Virus record (IMG/VR): IMGVR_UViG_3300045988_076685
Coordinates: 117,466 to 181,465 of that record
Source of the DNA: a virus
DNA: 64,000 nucleotides
Strand: one strand, 5' to 3'
This document shows, in pieces, positions 29,772 through 37,627 of the stretch. A program made the translations under genes and the position numbers. The first letter of the stretch is position 1. The number at the start of each line of letters is the position of its first letter. The notes under the pieces were generated by a model. It saw only the letters and a list, made by a program, of their open reading frames with translations, searched no databases and was not told where the DNA came from.

Positions 29772-30253
29772 AATTTATAAATATAAAGAGTCATTGTTGT
29801 ATCATTAGCAAAAAGTTCTTGGAGCATAGGATAAACTACTCCATCCCAATCTCCTCCTGCTAATCCACATCCTAATTTATAAGGAATACCTAGCTCTGTA
29901 ATCTCGTTATTTTCACAAAAGTCTTTTAAATTTAACAAAGCTTTTTTAAGAGCATTATAGTCAGTATGTCTATTTTCATAAGGAGCTACTGATTCAGTAA
30001 AAGAATATTCTCCAAATAAATTAGCTACGAGATTAATAGGTTCATCTCCTGTTATACATACTTGACATTTTCCTAATAATTCTTTAGAATATTTAAGAAG
30101 TTTACAAAAATTAGTATATTGTGTATATACTAAACTCCATTTGTTTTTAATAGATTTAGCTATACCTGCTCCCATTACTCCTAAACAATTAGTTTGATGA
30201 GCTATAAGAGGTAAATTTGATTGGAGTAAATCTCCATCAACAATTTTTATCAT
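29759..30253 (-). CDS. macro-domain protein (TARG1/OARD1-like ADP-ribose processing)
   Basis: 164 aa; N-terminal LIAHQTNCLGVMGAGIAKSI matches the AHC..C.MGAGIA signature of TARG1-type macro domains; overlaps both neighbours by 4-13 nt. Confidence 0.55.
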   Translation of the reverse strand: MIKIVDGDLLQSNLPLIAHQTNCLGVMGAGIAKSIKNKWSLVYTQYTNFCKLLKYSKELLGKCQVCITGDEPINLVANLFGEYSFTESVAPYENRHTDYNALKKALLNLKDFCENNEITELGIPYKLGCGLAGGDWDGVVYPMLQELFANDTTMTLYIYKLCNN

Positions 30254-31803
30254 ATTAATGTTGAATTTACACGTTCACGAATTTCAGAAAGAGAATATTC
30301 TCTTACTAATTCTCCATCTACAAAGACTGTTTTAAGACAACCTTGCAGTTCTGCATCCTTAGTCTGCTGGTCATAAGCGACATACTTGCCATTCTCTTCT
30401 TCAACTCTAATAAGACCTTTGAAAGAGTTCTTTGTTCCATCGTCAGTTTTTGGATGCTTATAGATTTCTATAAGTCTTCCATTAATTATACAAGCAGTTG
30501 CTTTAACTGCGAATCCCAAAGAATCACGAGACTTAAACTGATAAGTATAAGAACCAATACCAAGAACAAGATTACAAGCTGCCATATGAGCATTCTCTAA
30601 TCGAGCATAAATATCACGCTGACGTTCCAGAGTGATAGAATCTCCATAAAGCAATCCTACCTTGGTACTTGGATAACGATAGTCGTTTACAGTAGTATTC
30701 CAGCCAAAGATTTTACCTAGCATATAATATGCTCCATAATACTGACCTTCAGATACTTCTACATAATGACTTTCATCATCATCCATAAATGGATTAAAAT
30801 CACAGTAGTACTTACCCTCTTTCATGGCAGTATGATAGTGAGGATTTGTACGAAGACCACAAATAATATCTACTGGATCACCACTATCAGGGCGAATTAC
30901 TACTCGACCATCACGCTTCATAATATCTGCCTTAAGCTTAGGCAAAAACTTTTCAACTACCTGCCAGAAATCCCAAGTATCAGATACTATTGAGATAATA
31001 CCCGTTGGATATAAGTCATTAATAAGACGACGATATGTTTCAATCTCGTCATCCTCACCTCCTGCACACATTACACTGTGTTCAGTTGCTGGAACAGTTG
31101 CAGCTACAAGTTCTTTAGTAACATCTGCATTGTAATAATGCTCTACTGCTTCAATAGCAGGAATTGTTTCACTACCACAAAATGAAGTCATGTGAGCCAT
31201 ACCCGAAATAATAGCAGCATCAAGTCCAGCCATACCTCTCATAGAAAAATCATGGCAGGCGAAACCTAGGTTTACATCTTCTGGGAATCCAGTCTTTCTA
31301 GCATGTTCCATAAGTCTCTTCTTATAAAGACGAGCACTTGTTGCAGAAGTACAAGGAAGCCATAGAGTACAGCTAATCAAAGTCTCCAAATAATTAGTCA
31401 ACCAGAAGAAGTCCGGAAGAGTATTCTTAATAGTCATCATAGGTACTCTTATAGGACAGATGGAACCTTCAGGAAGAGCTTTAATTTCAATAGGAAGATA
31501 TCCTAAATCATAAAGTTCCTCAATATGCTTTGTTCCAACCTGATTAAGGTCTACAAAGTTACCTACACGATAAGCAAATTGCTTGATAGCTTCTTCCTTA
31601 GGAAGAGCAAACCATTTGTTAAATTCCTCTATTAAATACTTCTTTACAAAGTACTGAATACCAAATACTACAGAACCTTCTGTAGCTTCTGGGAAGTAAC
31701 GATTACTTCTAGGAGTCCAGTTACTATAGACCATTTGTGTACCCTCTGGGTACATACGATGATGACCAAGCTTGTAGCCATCAGTTGCATTAATAATTTC
31801 CAT
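30250..31803 (-). CDS. nicotinamide phosphoribosyltransferase-family protein (NadV/NAMPT-like; candidate nicotinamide-ADPR transferase Namat)
   Basis: 517 aa; N-terminal ATDGYKLGHHRMYPEGTQ aligns with NAMPT LATDSYKVTHYKQYPPNT; size typical of type II PRTases. Confidence 0.7.
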   Translation of the reverse strand: MEIINATDGYKLGHHRMYPEGTQMVYSNWTPRSNRYFPEATEGSVVFGIQYFVKKYLIEEFNKWFALPKEEAIKQFAYRVGNFVDLNQVGTKHIEELYDLGYLPIEIKALPEGSICPIRVPMMTIKNTLPDFFWLTNYLETLISCTLWLPCTSATSARLYKKRLMEHARKTGFPEDVNLGFACHDFSMRGMAGLDAAIISGMAHMTSFCGSETIPAIEAVEHYYNADVTKELVAATVPATEHSVMCAGGEDDEIETYRRLINDLYPTGIISIVSDTWDFWQVVEKFLPKLKADIMKRDGRVVIRPDSGDPVDIICGLRTNPHYHTAMKEGKYYCDFNPFMDDDESHYVEVSEGQYYGAYYMLGKIFGWNTTVNDYRYPSTKVGLLYGDSITLERQRDIYARLENAHMAACNLVLGIGSYTYQFKSRDSLGFAVKATACIINGRLIEIYKHPKTDDGTKNSFKGLIRVEEENGKYVAYDQQTKDAELQGCLKTVFVDGELVREYSLSEIRERVNSTLI

Positions 31804-32293
31804 TAATTGATTCTTTTAATGTTAAACCTATACTATATTTATAAAACACTTCAGTTATATAACTCTTAGTTTTTTTGTGGATTTTCATATGAGGCTGCTG
31901 TTTAAGCCACCATGTATATTCCCTTCTAGGGTCAGCTCCATATGTTTTAGCCGCTGCTAAATAATCACATATAAGTTCTAGAACGTATTTTCTAGGCATT
32001 TTAGCAGGAATTCCTCCATTATCTAAGGAATGTATCCAATATTCATAGTGATGAGGATTTCTTCCTCTATGATGAAGGAATGTTTGACTATATCCTAATA
32101 TTCGACACTCATTCGCTAAGGAGCTCATTTTATCATCCCAGTACTTAATAGCTCTTGAGAATTCTGTAAAACTAAATTTAGACAAATCATGAGTAATACC
32201 TTGCCAATATAATCCTATTTGAAAGCAATATTTAGCAACATAATACTTATGAGTTAAAATTCGCTTTGTTAATTTTAACCAAACTAAGTTCAT
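31790..32293 (-). CDS. HD-motif protein (putative metal-dependent phosphohydrolase)
   Basis: 167 aa; ITHDLSKF and HHRGRNPHHYEYW histidine clusters; start overlaps NAMPT-like gene by 14 nt. Confidence 0.35.
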   Translation of the reverse strand: MNLVWLKLTKRILTHKYYVAKYCFQIGLYWQGITHDLSKFSFTEFSRAIKYWDDKMSSLANECRILGYSQTFLHHRGRNPHHYEYWIHSLDNGGIPAKMPRKYVLELICDYLAAAKTYGADPRREYTWWLKQQPHMKIHKKTKSYITEVFYKYSIGLTLKESINGNY

Positions 32294-32517
32294 AACCCTG
32301 ATAATTTATTTATATAAATATCTGAATATTTCTTTCCAAGTTTCTGCATTATACCATAGAAACTTCTTCTAAAACTACTATCTTTCATACATAGTATCTT
32401 TATATTAGAAATTAAATCTTCTGGTATATGTGCTTCAGAATATTCTTTAGACACTATTTCAGAAGATTTAATTAATTCTACTAATAGAGATACTTGACTA
32501 GCTTTTTGGTAATTCAT
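32290..32517 (-). CDS. hypothetical protein
   Basis: 75 aa ORF. Confidence 0.3.
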   Translation of the reverse strand: MNYQKASQVSLLVELIKSSEIVSKEYSEAHIPEDLISNIKILCMKDSSFRRSFYGIMQKLGKKYSDIYINKLSGL

Positions 32518-32696
32518 AAGTGAGAATCTCTAATTGCTGTATAATATCCTAAGATAAAAAAGTTTTTACATTTTTCTAACTCTCTACTAGACATTAGTAG
32601 GTATGGAGATTCTGCAATTAATGATTTCCAAGCTTCATCTGCTTTTACCTCAAATATATCTATATTCATAATCCTTCTTTTTCTAAAGAATTCCAA
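32514..32696 (-). CDS. hypothetical protein
   Basis: 60 aa ORF. Confidence 0.25.
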   Translation of the reverse strand: MEFFRKRRIMNIDIFEVKADEAWKSLIAESPYLLMSSRELEKCKNFFILGYYTAIRDSHL

Positions 32697-32732
32697 TAGT
32701 CTGCTTCTAGATCATTCCAATAATCATCTAGA

Positions 32733-32957
32733 TCACTTATAATATCTGTTAGATCTTCCATCAGGTATACAATATAAAATTAGCCATATAATACAGAGTA
32801 TGATTATGAGTCCTATTCCTATTAAGAATGGGCTAAAAACAACTAACCACGAAATATCTGAATGTAAAAGAACTTTAGCTATCAATAAAATCAGGAAAGA
32901 TCCCGGAATAAGCGAAGTTCCACATCCAAAATCAATTTTTACTTTTTCATTTGACAT
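32733..32957 (-). CDS. small membrane protein
   Basis: 74 aa with two hydrophobic helices. Confidence 0.3.
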   Translation of the reverse strand: MSNEKVKIDFGCGTSLIPGSFLILLIAKVLLHSDISWLVVFSPFLIGIGLIIILCIIWLILYCIPDGRSNRYYK

Positions 32958-33129
32958 TGTCTAATAGAGATTTTATATAATCAATAGATTCCTTCACAGA
33001 TAAGCAGCCTCCACTCTTTAACATAACGTAAGAGCTTTCGCCAACTTCTTCTACTAAGGAAATATCATCTACGGCTATTAAATATCTTCTATTAATACTA
33101 TCGTTGTCTAATGTTAAATCAATAAACAC
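32947..33129 (-). CDS. hypothetical protein
   Basis: 60 aa ORF. Confidence 0.25.
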   Translation of the reverse strand: MFIDLTLDNDSINRRYLIAVDDISLVEEVGESSYVMLKSGGCLSVKESIDYIKSLLDNVK

Positions 33130-33196
33130 ATTTAATCATATTAATAATTTTTATACTAATAATCATCTGCGTTATTATAAGTAGAATAATATAATA

Positions 33197-33397
33197 CTAT
33201 AAAGATTTAATCCTAGTACAGATTGTTTCTACAGCATTATTAAACTCTTGCTTATTACTATCTAAAATAGTTTCTCTTAAAAAATCTAAATATGAAGTAC
33301 TGCGACTAGTAATAGAAGGTAATTTAAGATTTACTACAATACATTTATTACCATCTACTCTAATTCGTAATGCTCCACATTTTTTATACTTAACCAT
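33197..33397 (-). CDS. hypothetical protein
   Basis: 66 aa ORF. Confidence 0.3.
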   Translation of the reverse strand: MVKYKKCGALRIRVDGNKCIVVNLKLPSITSRSTSYLDFLRETILDSNKQEFNNAVETICTRIKSL

Positions 33398-33505
33398 TTA
33401 AATTAATAAATATTAGTAATGCTAATACAAAAATAGGGACTAATAAGATAAACTTACTAGTCCCTTTCTTCTTGCCATCAAAGGCTTCTACAATTTCTTT
33501 TAATG

Positions 33506-33922
33506 TCATCTGTTCATCATATAATTAAAAAATTCATCTTTTGGAAGAGTTCTTAATAATTTTAAAGTATCACTTGCATAGAAATATCCATCAGTATAAT
33601 AGTGACTGCCTTCAGGAATTATAAATAAACCTATAGTATTAACAGGTTCCCATATATTATAACGATTATATGAACTTCCATAACAATCATATCTCCCAGC
33701 ATAAGGACTTAATATACGTATATTATATCCAAAAGAATGGAGTCCTATAGATATAGATATACTATTTCCATCTAAGTATGATTTATAAGTCTCTCCTATA
33801 TCATATCTATAATTAAATATTGGTGAATAATAACCGTACCCGCCGTAACTTATTAAAGCTTTCCACACATATATATTAGAAGTAGCTATACGTTCTACTT
33901 TATCTCGTAAATATAAACACAT
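33506..33922 (-). CDS. Gly/Tyr-rich hypothetical protein
   Basis: 138 aa; YGGYGYYSP and many Y/G/S residues. Confidence 0.4.
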   Translation of the reverse strand: MCLYLRDKVERIATSNIYVWKALISYGGYGYYSPIFNYRYDIGETYKSYLDGNSISISIGLHSFGYNIRILSPYAGRYDCYGSSYNRYNIWEPVNTIGLFIIPEGSHYYTDGYFYASDTLKLLRTLPKDEFFNYMMNR

Positions 33923-34305
33923 TATTTAAGAATTTTAACTTTTATATGTTTAATACTAATTCGTTTAGAATCTTTTGGATGTATTAATATATCAATACGA
34001 TGTTTATGCCTTTTATTCATAACATCTTTTACTTCATATATTCCAAATCCTTCTATAAACACTTTTTTAGGTTTATTCTTTGGAAATAAATAAAGTAAAT
34101 CACGAGATATAGCACACCACTTGATTTTATTATGTTTTAAATGATGTAAATTAATTTTAGAACCATCAGCTGTAACTAATGGCTTATTATCACATTGACT
34201 CTTTACTGGCTGATAACAAGTAAGAGTTACATGAGTTACAGTTTGTGCAATACTTTTAGTGCATAAGAAACATAATAATATTAATATAAATTTAAATCTT
34301 CTCAT
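33922..34305 (-). CDS. secreted hypothetical protein
   Basis: 127 aa; N-terminal signal peptide MRRFKFILILLCFLCTKSIAQ. Confidence 0.45.
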   Translation of the reverse strand: MRRFKFILILLCFLCTKSIAQTVTHVTLTCYQPVKSQCDNKPLVTADGSKINLHHLKHNKIKWCAISRDLLYLFPKNKPKKVFIEGFGIYEVKDVMNKRHKHRIDILIHPKDSKRISIKHIKVKILK

Positions 34306-34319
34306 TATAAATAATCTTT

Positions 34320-34718
34320 TTAGTTATGGTATATATCACCACTCATAGTACTAACATTACCACCAACATTACCACAAGTAACATCGCCACTCATTGTTAA
34401 TACTCCACCTTTAACGTCTTTACAGGATACATCCCCACTAGCTGTATTAACAGTTGAAACATCTCCTGTAATTGAGACATCCCCACTATCAGTACGTACA
34501 CTAGCTACATTACCCTCTATTTTCACTTCTATAGATGGACTTTCAAGATCTTCTCTTAAATTTCCATTTACATAAATTTTACCATTATTAATACTGATGG
34601 TTTGTGCTCCTTCTATTTTAATATTGTTAATCCAAGTAGCACCATTAATACCATTTAATGTTGTTTCAATTGTGTTAACTATTCCCATAATATATAAAAT
34701 TTTTAAAAATGTATACAA
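34320..34718 (-). CDS. repeat protein (beta-helix-like SGDV/GNV repeats)
   Basis: 132 aa; C-terminal reiterated motif SGDVSITGDVSTVNTASGDVSCKDV...MSGDVTCGNVGGNVSTMSGD. Confidence 0.45.
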   Translation of the reverse strand: MYTFLKILYIMGIVNTIETTLNGINGATWINNIKIEGAQTISINNGKIYVNGNLREDLESPSIEVKIEGNVASVRTDSGDVSITGDVSTVNTASGDVSCKDVKGGVLTMSGDVTCGNVGGNVSTMSGDIYHN

Positions 34719-35152
34719 ACGAAAAAAGTCGAGCTTATTGCCCGACTCAACATCAGTAAGTACCCCTTTGGTACTTACAAATTAAATAATAAGATTAAAT
34801 CATTGGAGGCATGTATAATCTACAATACTGATTAGCATACCAAGTCCAACCCTTCTTAAATGCTTTTAAAGTTCTTTTCAAAATTTTCATCATAATAAAT
34901 CAAATTTAAAGTTTAACTTATAAAATATCTAGGAGGAGAGTTTAAAAAATTAAGAATCCCAGGTAAATTACCCCTGTTAGAGACAATCTTATGGTCTCTA
35001 TTTTTATTATTTAGGATTCTGTAGGAATGCAAAAAACGTCGAACCATTCCAGTTCGTAGGTTCTACGACACCTAATAGGCGAGTATGCATCGTTGAGAGG
35101 CACCCTATAAGTTACGTTGCTCCTGTGACTAGTATTCTAGAGCTTTGTTATA

Positions 35153-35232
35153 GTGCGAGATGTGGGAATCAAACCCACGCAAGCCTTCTGGTTGGAAGCC
35201 AGATATGCGCCTTCAGCTACACTAATCTCGCA
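35153..35232 (-). tRNA. tRNA-Gly (anticodon UCC)
   Basis: Hand-folded: acceptor GCGAGAU/AUCUCGC, anticodon arm ucugg-cuUCCaa-ccaga, T arm guggg-uuugauu-cccac; variable region slightly long. Confidence 0.6.
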
Positions 35233-35233
35233 T

Positions 35234-35572
35234 TTATTTATAAGATATCTTTCCAACGCATGAAGAATAAGAAATTTGTTTATTATTATTTTCTAATATA
35301 TAATAATAATCCTCAAATGTTTCTTGAATACCTTTAAAAACATATTCTTTATTCATATATCCATCCACGTAACAGGTTTTTCCTACATTAAGTAGTTCTT
35401 CTTTTACCCATTTTGGAGCATCCTCAGGAACATCGTCTACAGAATAATAATTTCCTATTACTTCATACATTAATTTATTTATTAATTGTTGGAAAGTCTT
35501 TATTAAAATAGGAACATCTTCAGTTTTATACTTTAATGTTTCTAAATTGTCTGTATCAATAGTTATTTTCAT
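35234..35572 (-). CDS. hypothetical protein
   Basis: 112 aa ORF between two tRNAs. Confidence 0.4.
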   Translation of the reverse strand: MKITIDTDNLETLKYKTEDVPILIKTFQQLINKLMYEVIGNYYSVDDVPEDAPKWVKEELLNVGKTCYVDGYMNKEYVFKGIQETFEDYYYILENNNKQISYSSCVGKISYK

Positions 35573-35590
35573 AAATATTTAATTTAATAG

Positions 35591-35665
35591 TGGACCACGG
35601 TGGGACTCGAACCCACGACATCTACCTTGCAGAAGTAGCGTTCTAGCCAACTGAACTACGAGCCC
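35591..35665 (-). tRNA. tRNA-like gene, possibly Ala (UGC), acceptor stem imperfect
   Basis: Canonical D arm (GGGCUCGUAGUUCAGUUGGCUAGAACG) and T arm (gugggUUCGAGUcccac); anticodon loop ucUGCaa has C33; 3' acceptor strand CGUGGUC leaves two mismatches. Confidence 0.4.
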
Positions 35666-35675
35666 AAATTGGAGA

Positions 35676-36152
35676 TTACTCTCCAGTTAATTGTTTTATT
35701 TTAAGTTTAGCTTGTGTTAATTTATAGATTAAATCAAATATAGTATTTTTATTATCCTTAAGCTGTTTTCTAAGACCTTTATTAGTTAGTTTCATACTAT
35801 TAAAGTTCTTTAGATTATTTGCTATAGATTCTAATTCTTTAAAAGACTTAGTATCATCAAACAAAGATATATTAACTTTAGCTTGCAATTCTTTAATTTT
35901 AAGTTTTTGTTTTTCAATCTTATCTTCTAAAGATTGAATCTTATTATTTAAAGAATCTATACTAAGTCCATTCTCTAATTCGTCTATATAAGATTCTAAT
36001 TCTCCGATTTTTTGTTCTAGTCCAGCATAATGCTTTTTTCTTTCAGCATCGTACTCTTTAAAACTATTTATTTTTCTTTTTAAGACTGCTATAATAAAAT
36101 CCTTTTTATCATAAAAGTTTGCATCTGATTGATAATTAAAAGTCTCTTTCAT
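35676..36152 (-). CDS. coiled-coil hypothetical protein
   Basis: 158 aa; heptad-rich (LEQKIGELESYIDELENGLSIDSLNNKIQSLEDKIEKQKLKIKELQAKV). Confidence 0.45.
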   Translation of the reverse strand: MKETFNYQSDANFYDKKDFIIAVLKRKINSFKEYDAERKKHYAGLEQKIGELESYIDELENGLSIDSLNNKIQSLEDKIEKQKLKIKELQAKVNISLFDDTKSFKELESIANNLKNFNSMKLTNKGLRKQLKDNKNTIFDLIYKLTQAKLKIKQLTGE

Positions 36153-36174
36153 ATTATTTATTTTTATTAATTAG

Positions 36175-36258
36175 TTGTCTAGGAGAGATTCGAACTCCCG
36201 AAGCTAAATAGCGGCAAATTTACAGTTTGCTGTGGTTGACCACTTCACATACTAGACA
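36175..36258 (-). tRNA. tRNA-Tyr (anticodon GUA), type II
   Basis: Acceptor UGUCUAG/CUAGACA, A73, anticodon arm gcaaa-cuGUAaa-uuugc, long variable arm with gcua-uuu-agc hairpin, T arm gggag-UUCGAAU-cucuc. Confidence 0.75.
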
Positions 36259-36265
36259 ATTTTGT

Positions 36266-36336
36266 TCGGGGTGTGGGAGTTGAACCCACTATTTTCTGCT
36301 TATGAGACAGACGTGTAAGCCGTTTCACTCACCCCA
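36266..36336 (-). tRNA. tRNA-Met (anticodon CAU)
   Basis: Acceptor UGGGGUG/CACCCCG, anticodon loop CUCAUAA, T arm gugggUUCAACUcccac. Confidence 0.6.
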
Positions 36337-36348
36337 AATATAAATAAG

Positions 36349-36421
36349 AGCTTCAAGTAGGATTCGAACCTACGACCTGCACTTTACAAGAGTGCTGCAC
36401 TACCACTGTGCTATTGAAGCT
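36349..36421 (-). tRNA. tRNA-Thr (anticodon UGU)
   Basis: Acceptor AGCUUCA/UGAAGCU, anticodon arm gcacu-cuUGUaa-agugc, T arm guaggUUCGAAUccuac. Confidence 0.75.
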
Positions 36422-36565
36422 AAAATAAAGGCGAATATGGCATTAGACGGGCGAACTATCATGACCATATTCTAATAATACATTGAGCTATCAGGCATAC
36501 TCGTGGATCGCCACCGCTACCTCTAACAACCGCCTAGTTAACAGCTAGGTCCTCTCCATTATTTG

Positions 36566-36642
36566 CGGGGTATAAGGGATTCGAACCCTTAGTTTTACTA
36601 GAGTGACAGTCTAGTTCCCTTACCAACAGGGCTTAATACTCC
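36566..36642 (-). tRNA. tRNA-Asp (anticodon GUC)
   Basis: Anticodon arm cuaga-cuGUCac-ucuag (classic Asp loop), T arm aagggUUCGAAUcccuu; one A-C mismatch in acceptor. Confidence 0.65.
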
Positions 36643-36713
36643 AGGCGCCTCTTGTGTACACATTTCTTTTCGAGAAGGTAGCTAACCTTAGAAATAAGAG
36701 GCATATATTATTG

Positions 36714-36794
36714 CGTCTAGACTGGGATTCGAACCCAGGAACCTTTCGGGGCAAGTTAACAGCTTGCTGCCGTTGACCACTTGGCTATCTAGAC
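36714..36794 (-). tRNA. tRNA with Asn anticodon (GUU) on a type-II, tRNA-Tyr-like body, G73
   Basis: Acceptor GUCUAGA/UCUAGAC, D arm gcc-aaguggucaa-ggc identical in loop to the Tyr tRNA, anticodon arm gcaag-cuGUUaa-cuugc, 12-nt variable arm, T arm cugggUUCGAAUcccag. Confidence 0.6.
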
Positions 36795-36805
36795 GAAAGT
36801 CCTGA

Positions 36806-36961
36806 TTAATCAGGGCACACAGTTGAATCAATTTCAGTAGTATCAACTACTGTGGTATCAACATTAATAGAATCATTTGAAGTTGAATTTACTGAATTAT
36901 TTGAACCAGTAGAACAACTCAAGAGTGTAAATAATACACTAAGTACAAGTAATTTCTTCAT
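36806..36961 (-). CDS. small lipoprotein (51 aa)
   Basis: Hand-translated MKKLLVLSVLFTLLSCSTGSNNS...; lipobox LLSC; opposite strand of spurious plus ORF 36852..37037. Confidence 0.4.
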   Translation of the reverse strand: MKKLLVLSVLFTLLSCSTGSNNSVNSTSNDSINVDTTVVDTTEIDSTVCPD

Positions 36962-37027
36962 TTTTTATTTTCTTTATTGTATTGACTATTATAAATCTAA
37001 ATTTTACTATTCAAAATATAATTTTAA

Positions 37028-37069
37028 TAAAATTTAAAAATGAACCGAGAACTTCCCAATTCTCGGTTC
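37028..37069 (-). terminator. intrinsic terminator
   Basis: Perfect 10-bp stem GAACCGAGAA/TTCTCGGTTC with 8-nt loop, followed on the minus strand by ATTTTTAAATTTT. Confidence 0.6.
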
Positions 37070-37240
37070 TGTGTACTAAGGTAAGTACGACCCTTCCAGT
37101 TTCATGTTGAAATTTTCAAAAAAGTCAGTATATTTATAGATATATACATCTGGGAATCAGGTTAATCATGAAATTCGTAACTATAACAGTCCTAACCCGT
37201 TTGTGATATAAATATAATTTAATTATAAAAATTATAAAAG

Positions 37241-37462
37241 TTAATTTTTGTTTACTTTATTGTTTTTAATTAAATTATTTATTTCTGTTTCTGTGAGTTC
37301 TATCTTGTAATCCCCATAACTTAAAGAATAATTAAAATCAAATAAATAGACAAATTTATTATCTATATATTGAGCACATTGTGGGAGTACACTAATATTA
37401 GTAACTGTAAATTTGATATTGTCTAAGACAATACTTTCATACAATTTAAATTTGCTAGTCAT
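37241..37462 (-). CDS. hypothetical protein
   Basis: 73 aa ORF. Confidence 0.35.
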   Translation of the reverse strand: MTSKFKLYESIVLDNIKFTVTNISVLPQCAQYIDNKFVYLFDFNYSLSYGDYKIELTETEINNLIKNNKVNKN

Positions 37463-37500
37463 AATAAACCAAAAGAGGGAACTCTAAATAGAGTCCCCTC
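37462..37500 (-). terminator. intrinsic terminator
   Basis: Hairpin GAGGGGACUCUAUUUAGAGUUCCCUC followed by UUUUGGUUUAUU on the minus strand. Confidence 0.5.
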
Positions 37501-37627
37501 AAAAGATTGAGTTTCCTTTTAATTATCACGACTATAATTCACGTTTCACAACGTTCAATAAGTATTCCTTATTACTGAGGTTATTATAGTTGTGAATTTT
37601 TTTTCTAAAAATAAAATCTTAAAAATT

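Noticed and set aside
30343-30993. Plus-strand ORFs inside the NAMPT-like gene
   Set aside because: Antisense to a well-supported 517-aa CDS.
36852-37037. Plus-strand 61-aa ORF
   Set aside because: The opposite strand encodes a convincing signal-peptide or lipobox lipoprotein (36806..36961), and the plus-frame translation is low-complexity.
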